Source of the DNA: a virus
Lineage: Duplodnaviria > Caudoviricetes
Virus record (IMG/VR): IMGVR_UViG_3300029171_000022
Location: 1 to 39,663 of that record
Direction: 5' to 3' (one strand)
Length of the DNA stretch: 39,663 nucleotides
Shown here: one piece after another, positions 35,590-39,663 of the stretch
How the letters are laid out: every line of letters begins with the position of its first letter
Position numbering within the stretch: position 1 is the first letter of the stretch
Program-made: the position numbers and the translations under genes
Notes under the pieces: generated by a model
The model's input: the letters and a program-made list of their open reading frames with translations, nothing else
Told to the model about the DNA's origin: nothing
The model's database searches: none

Positions 35590-36098
35590 TGTCTTTTAAG
35601 ATTTCAATCTCTGAATCCATGGTGGATCTCATCATCAAAAGAATTCAAGAAAACATCAAGCCAGAGCTTGATGGAATTGCAGCTGAAAAGAATGATCCAA
35701 CTTTGGTTCTTCAAGAGCCACAGTCTTATTTTATTTTTGAGAATGCAATCAACCTGACTTGTCCAGCAATTTATGTTCTGGTCAACGATGTTGATTTTAA
35801 AAATGAACGTGGCCAAAACTTTATTGATGCTCAAGAGCACGTTCAAATTTCTGTGGTGTTTGAAGCACCCACAGAAGACAAGTGTGTCAGGGGTTTGTGG
35901 AGATATGTGGATGCATTGTTCAATGTCCTTGATCATTGGCAGCTTTCCACCCCAGACAATAGATCCAAAAATGTGCTGATCCAGACTGGCGTGGCCTACA
36001 CTGGACTTGTAAAAACAGCAGATCAGCAGCAGAATATTTTTAGAAAAGAAGCAATGTTGACTTTTAATGTTGAGCATTGGGAAACTTTACAAAATTAA
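35589..36098 (+). CDS. Tail terminator protein
   Basis: 169 aa with PAIYV motif, directly before the tail tube gene. Confidence 0.6.
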   Translation: MSFKISISESMVDLIIKRIQENIKPELDGIAAEKNDPTLVLQEPQSYFIFENAINLTCPAIYVLVNDVDFKNERGQNFIDAQEHVQISVVFEAPTEDKCVRGLWRYVDALFNVLDHWQLSTPDNRSKNVLIQTGVAYTGLVKTADQQQNIFRKEAMLTFNVEHWETLQN

Positions 36099-36129
36099 AC
36101 TCCCCAAGGGGAATGAATAGGAGATTTCA

Positions 36130-37086
36130 ATGAACCCATCTTATGCAACAGTAAACCCAAACAGCATGGAACTCACCCCATGCAGAGTCACCTTCAAGGG
36201 TGTTGATCTTGGTGGAACACTTGGGAACGTGGCCATCAAGCCAGTTTATGAGAAAGCTGAGATCAAGGCTGATCAGTTTGGAACAACAGTTCTGAACAGA
36301 AAAGTCAAAGGTGTGAAGCTGACAATTGAAACCCAATTGGCTGAAGTAAAAAACAAAGACAACTGGATGGCAGTGTTTCCAAATTTAAGAGACACAGGCT
36401 CTGGTGCTGGAAGAGTTGTGGACTTCACATCTAAAGTTGGATCTGATGATCTTTCTTTGGCTGGCCCACTTCTTTTGCATCCACTTTCACTTCCAGATTC
36501 AGATGTGACAAATGACTTCTCAGCGCCACTTGCAGCATCAGCTGAAGAATCTGAATATATTTTAAGCCCAGAAGGTCAAACAGTTTTGAAAATTGTTTGG
36601 AACATTTATTTAGACACTTCTGTGACTCCAGCTTTCCTTGCACGTTTTGGCAATCAAGCAATTGTTGTCACTGGTGGTGGGATTCAAGCATTTGGTCAGA
36701 TCAATGCAAATGACACAATTGTTTTCACATCAGTTGCAGCTGGCCCAGCAAGAAACACTCAGACACTGACTTTTGATGTTATCGCAGCAGCACCAAACCC
36801 ATCAAACTTGGTGATTGCTTCATTCAGTGGATCAGCAGCAGCAATCCTGTGCTCAATCACACCAAATGATGGAACAAACAATGGTGCAACTCCAGTCAGC
36901 ATCACGGAGAAACAGTTGGTTGAATTGTTCAACACTGGTGCTGTGGTTGGAAAATCAATGGCCATCTCTGATCCATTAAATTTAAGAAAACTTCAAACTG
37001 CTGCACAACTTGGAGCTGGCTCAACATCACTTGTTGCTGGTGGCCCAGTTGATGGTCAAGTTTGCACTTTTGCTGGTGGAGCATAG
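36130..37086 (+). CDS. Major tail tube protein with C-terminal accessory domain
   Basis: VTFKGVDLGGTLG.V......I.ADQFG motif; AGGAG SD; position. Confidence 0.85.
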   Translation: MNPSYATVNPNSMELTPCRVTFKGVDLGGTLGNVAIKPVYEKAEIKADQFGTTVLNRKVKGVKLTIETQLAEVKNKDNWMAVFPNLRDTGSGAGRVVDFTSKVGSDDLSLAGPLLLHPLSLPDSDVTNDFSAPLAASAEESEYILSPEGQTVLKIVWNIYLDTSVTPAFLARFGNQAIVVTGGGIQAFGQINANDTIVFTSVAAGPARNTQTLTFDVIAAAPNPSNLVIASFSGSAAAILCSITPNDGTNNGATPVSITEKQLVELFNTGAVVGKSMAISDPLNLRKLQTAAQLGAGSTSLVAGGPVDGQVCTFAGGA

Positions 37087-37094
37087 AAAGCTGA

Positions 37095-37544
37095 GTGAAA
37101 TTTATGTGGGAGAAAATTTTACCAGCAAGAATGTTTGCTAAAAATAAAAATAAAAATAGATCACAGATCAGCCCAAGCAAAATTGTGGCTGATCTTGATG
37201 CAATCAAAGCTGAACCAGTTCTCTTTGTTTTGCATGGAAAAGAATTTTTGATTGTTCCAATGGATGTTGTGACATTCATGTCAATGCTTGATGAATATAT
37301 GAATTTGATGGATCTTAAGAAATTGGATTCTGTCACCCCTGAACAACTTGTTGAAAATTATTTCAAATGTTTTTCAAAGGTGATTCCAGATTTGACAAAA
37401 AAAGACATCAGCGACATGACACAACAACAGTGTGCAGCTCTTTATGAGTTGGTCATGGACACAATCACTGGGCGTGTTTTCACTGAAAAAAAAAGTCTTT
37501 ATCACAAGATGGAAGAACGGACACAAACCCCACAAGGGAATTGA
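37095..37544 (+). CDS. Tail assembly chaperone (gpG-like)
   Basis: Between tube and TMP; ends just after an A9 slippery run. Confidence 0.75.
   Translation: MKFMWEKILPARMFAKNKNKNRSQISPSKIVADLDAIKAEPVLFVLHGKEFLIVPMDVVTFMSMLDEYMNLMDLKKLDSVTPEQLVENYFKCFSKVIPDLTKKDISDMTQQQCAALYELVMDTITGRVFTEKKSLYHKMEERTQTPQGN
37485..37496 (+). other. -1 programmed ribosomal frameshift site
   Basis: GAA AAA AAA AGT; the -1 frame reads KSLSQDGRTDTNPTRE directly into the 37541 ORF. Confidence 0.75.
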
Positions 37545-37891
37545 AGATTGATCTTCCAAGACTTTTGGCTGAACTGTGCATGGACACTGGCTGGACTGTT
37601 GACCACGTTCTTCAGATGCCAGCCATCAGATTCTTTTCATTCAAAAAAGCTGCAACCAAAGTCAGAGATGAGCGCCTTGCTTATTATTTTTATGAAATGT
37701 GTGATGTCACTGGACTTTCTGGAAAAGACAATGAATCACATGGCAAGCTTAAGAATTATTACAGAAAACAATTTGCAGATGAAAGCACAGTTGCAAGAAT
37801 AAACAATCCAAGAGTTTTTGACTTAGCAAAAAAAGAAGATCAAGCTCATGTTGTGGGGTTTTTTCAGTCTGTGGTTAAATATATGAGGTGA
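37541..37891 (+). CDS. Tail assembly chaperone frameshift extension (gpT-like)
   Basis: GWTVDHVLQMP..RF motif; reachable by -1 slip. Confidence 0.75.
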   Translation: MKIDLPRLLAELCMDTGWTVDHVLQMPAIRFFSFKKAATKVRDERLAYYFYEMCDVTGLSGKDNESHGKLKNYYRKQFADESTVARINNPRVFDLAKKEDQAHVVGFFQSVVKYMR

Positions 37892-37895
37892 TTTT

Positions 37896-39646
37896 GTGGC
37901 TGATGAGAATGTGAGATTTAAATTTTCCCTTGATGCCAAAGATGCTGTCAAGTCAGCCAATGAACTCCACCAAAAAATTCTTTCAATTGGAAGCTCTGAA
38001 AATCTCAGTGGTCTAGTTCAAGGATTCACATCTGTTGCTGGCCCAATTTTTGTGGCTGGAGCTGCACTTCTTACAGTTAAAAAATTGATGGACTTCACCA
38101 AAGAAGGTGAAGAGATCATGAGGATTGAAAAATCTTTTGAGTCATTGACTAATCAATACAATTTAAGCTCTGAGGCTCTGTCAGCTGGTCTGAAGAAATC
38201 CACCAAGGGAATGCTTGACATGACTGATGTGATGAACTCAGCCAATAAAGCAATCACTTTGCTTGGTGAAAATTCTTCCAAACTTCCAGAGATCATGAAT
38301 CTTGCAAGGATAGCTGGCAAAAGATTTGGTGTTGAAACACTTGATGCTTTTGATTCCATCAGTCAGGCCATTGCAACTGGCAACACGAAAAGACTCAAGG
38401 GGATTGGTCTCATTGTCAATGCAGATGAAGCTGAAAGAAAATATGCAAAGTCAATTGGGACAACCATTGAGAGACTTTCTGAACAGGGAAGACAAACAGC
38501 TTTGATGAATGCCATCTTGGAGCAAGGTGACAAAAAATTCAAAGACACTGGCTCCAGCGTTTTAAACTTCACGCAACAACTGAAAGTTTTGGCATCAACA
38601 ATCAAAGATGTTTATGACAACTTCACTGTTTGGGTTGCCAAAAATTATGGGCCATTTTTCGCTGACATGACCAGTGGAATAAATAAAATGGTCAAGGCCA
38701 TCACTGGGACAAACACAGCAGCTGATGAAATTAAAAATCTTGAAGATTCAATTGACTCTCTTCAGCTCAAAATCAACAAGATGTCTTTTGAAAAATTTGA
38801 ACGTGCTGACAGAAAAGGTCTTGGCGCTATCTGGGGACAGCTGATTTCTGGTGAAGGTGCTGACACAGTTCTTGAACAAAATCTCAGAGCTGCCCAAGCA
38901 AGGCTTGAACAGGACAGAGCCAAGCTGAGAGAGCTTCAAAGTGTTGAAGACAAGAAGGATGCTGAAGCAAAGAAGGATGCTCCAAATTCAGCTGGAAGTG
39001 TTTCCAAAGAGAAAGATCTTCTTGCTTCTGCCCAGTTTCACAGACAGTTGCTTCAACTTAAAGAAGCAAGACTCAATGCTGAAATGGCAGTTGAGACCAA
39101 TGCTGATGACTTCACAAAACAATTGAATGAACAAAAAATCTTGGTGGCTGATCAGTATGAAGCAAGGATTTCAGAACTGAAAGTCAAAGCTGCAAGGGGT
39201 GAAGGTGTCACCCACTCTGAAGCTGCAAGAATGATTGAACAAATTGAAGCTGAGAAAATTGCAAAGATTGAAGAAATGAATTTGTCTTATAAGGACAAAA
39301 TGCTGGCTGTTTATGACAACCAAGTCAGAGCTGCAAAAACAGCAGCTGATGGGATTTCTGCTGCTTTCAAACAGGGTGGGATGCAAGCCCAAAGAGATCT
39401 TGAAAATTATGGCAAGGCTGGCCAAGCTGCTTTCAACATTGTCAACAAGGGTGCTGTCAAATTTTTCAGTGGGCTTGGTGAAGGTTCAAAAGATGCTGGG
39501 GAATTGATGAAAGAATTCTTGCTGGGATCTCTTGCTGATTATGCACAAATGCAAGGTGAAGTTTTGCTTGCTGCTGGAATAGGATCTTTCAATCCAATCC
39601 AAATTGTTCAGGGTGGAGCATTGATTGCTTTGTCTGGACATCATCC
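37896..39646 (+). CDS. Tape measure protein, N-terminal part (partial)
   Basis: GTG after GAGGTG; frame MADENVRFKFSLDAKD... continues to the contig end; helical A/K/E-rich; absent from track because it lacks a stop. Confidence 0.9.
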
Positions 39647-39663
39647 GATCGTGACTGGGAAAC
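39647..39663 (-). other. SISPA primer, reverse complement (non-biological)
   Basis: GATCGTGACTGGGAAAC. Confidence 0.95.

Noticed and set aside
1-39663. Stop-codon reassignment suggested by TAG scarcity
   Set aside because: Long genes are intact in the standard code and TAG ends many genes (endolysin, terL, capsid, tail tube).

Overview
Near-complete genome (~39.6 kb) of a tailed dsDNA phage with siphovirus-type organisation, probably infecting a Gram-negative host. The contig is broken inside the tape-measure gene (N-terminal part 37896-end, C-terminal part 18-230). Both ends carry the 17-nt SISPA primer GTTTCCCAGTCACGATC, so the apparent terminal inverted repeat is a library artefact. Gene order: tail tip/fibre and lysis (231-10450); leftward dNMP kinase, GroES and RusA-like block (10415-12496); replication initiator with internal iterons, DnaB-like helicase and small middle genes ending in an Acb2/Tad1-like sponge (12679-19355); a structured non-coding segment (19356-19540); a leftward four-gene regulatory cassette with two paralogous zinc-ribbon proteins (19551-20552); a solo Bet-like recombinase; a second fibre/chaperone/permuted-papain-peptidase module (21801-24704); then terminase, head, neck and tail genes with a -1 frameshift chaperone. 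I recognised no integrase, DNA polymerase, primase, exonuclease, methyltransferase, tRNA or CRISPR array. CpG and TpA are strongly depleted. All calls rest on motif recognition and synteny by eye; no searches were run.
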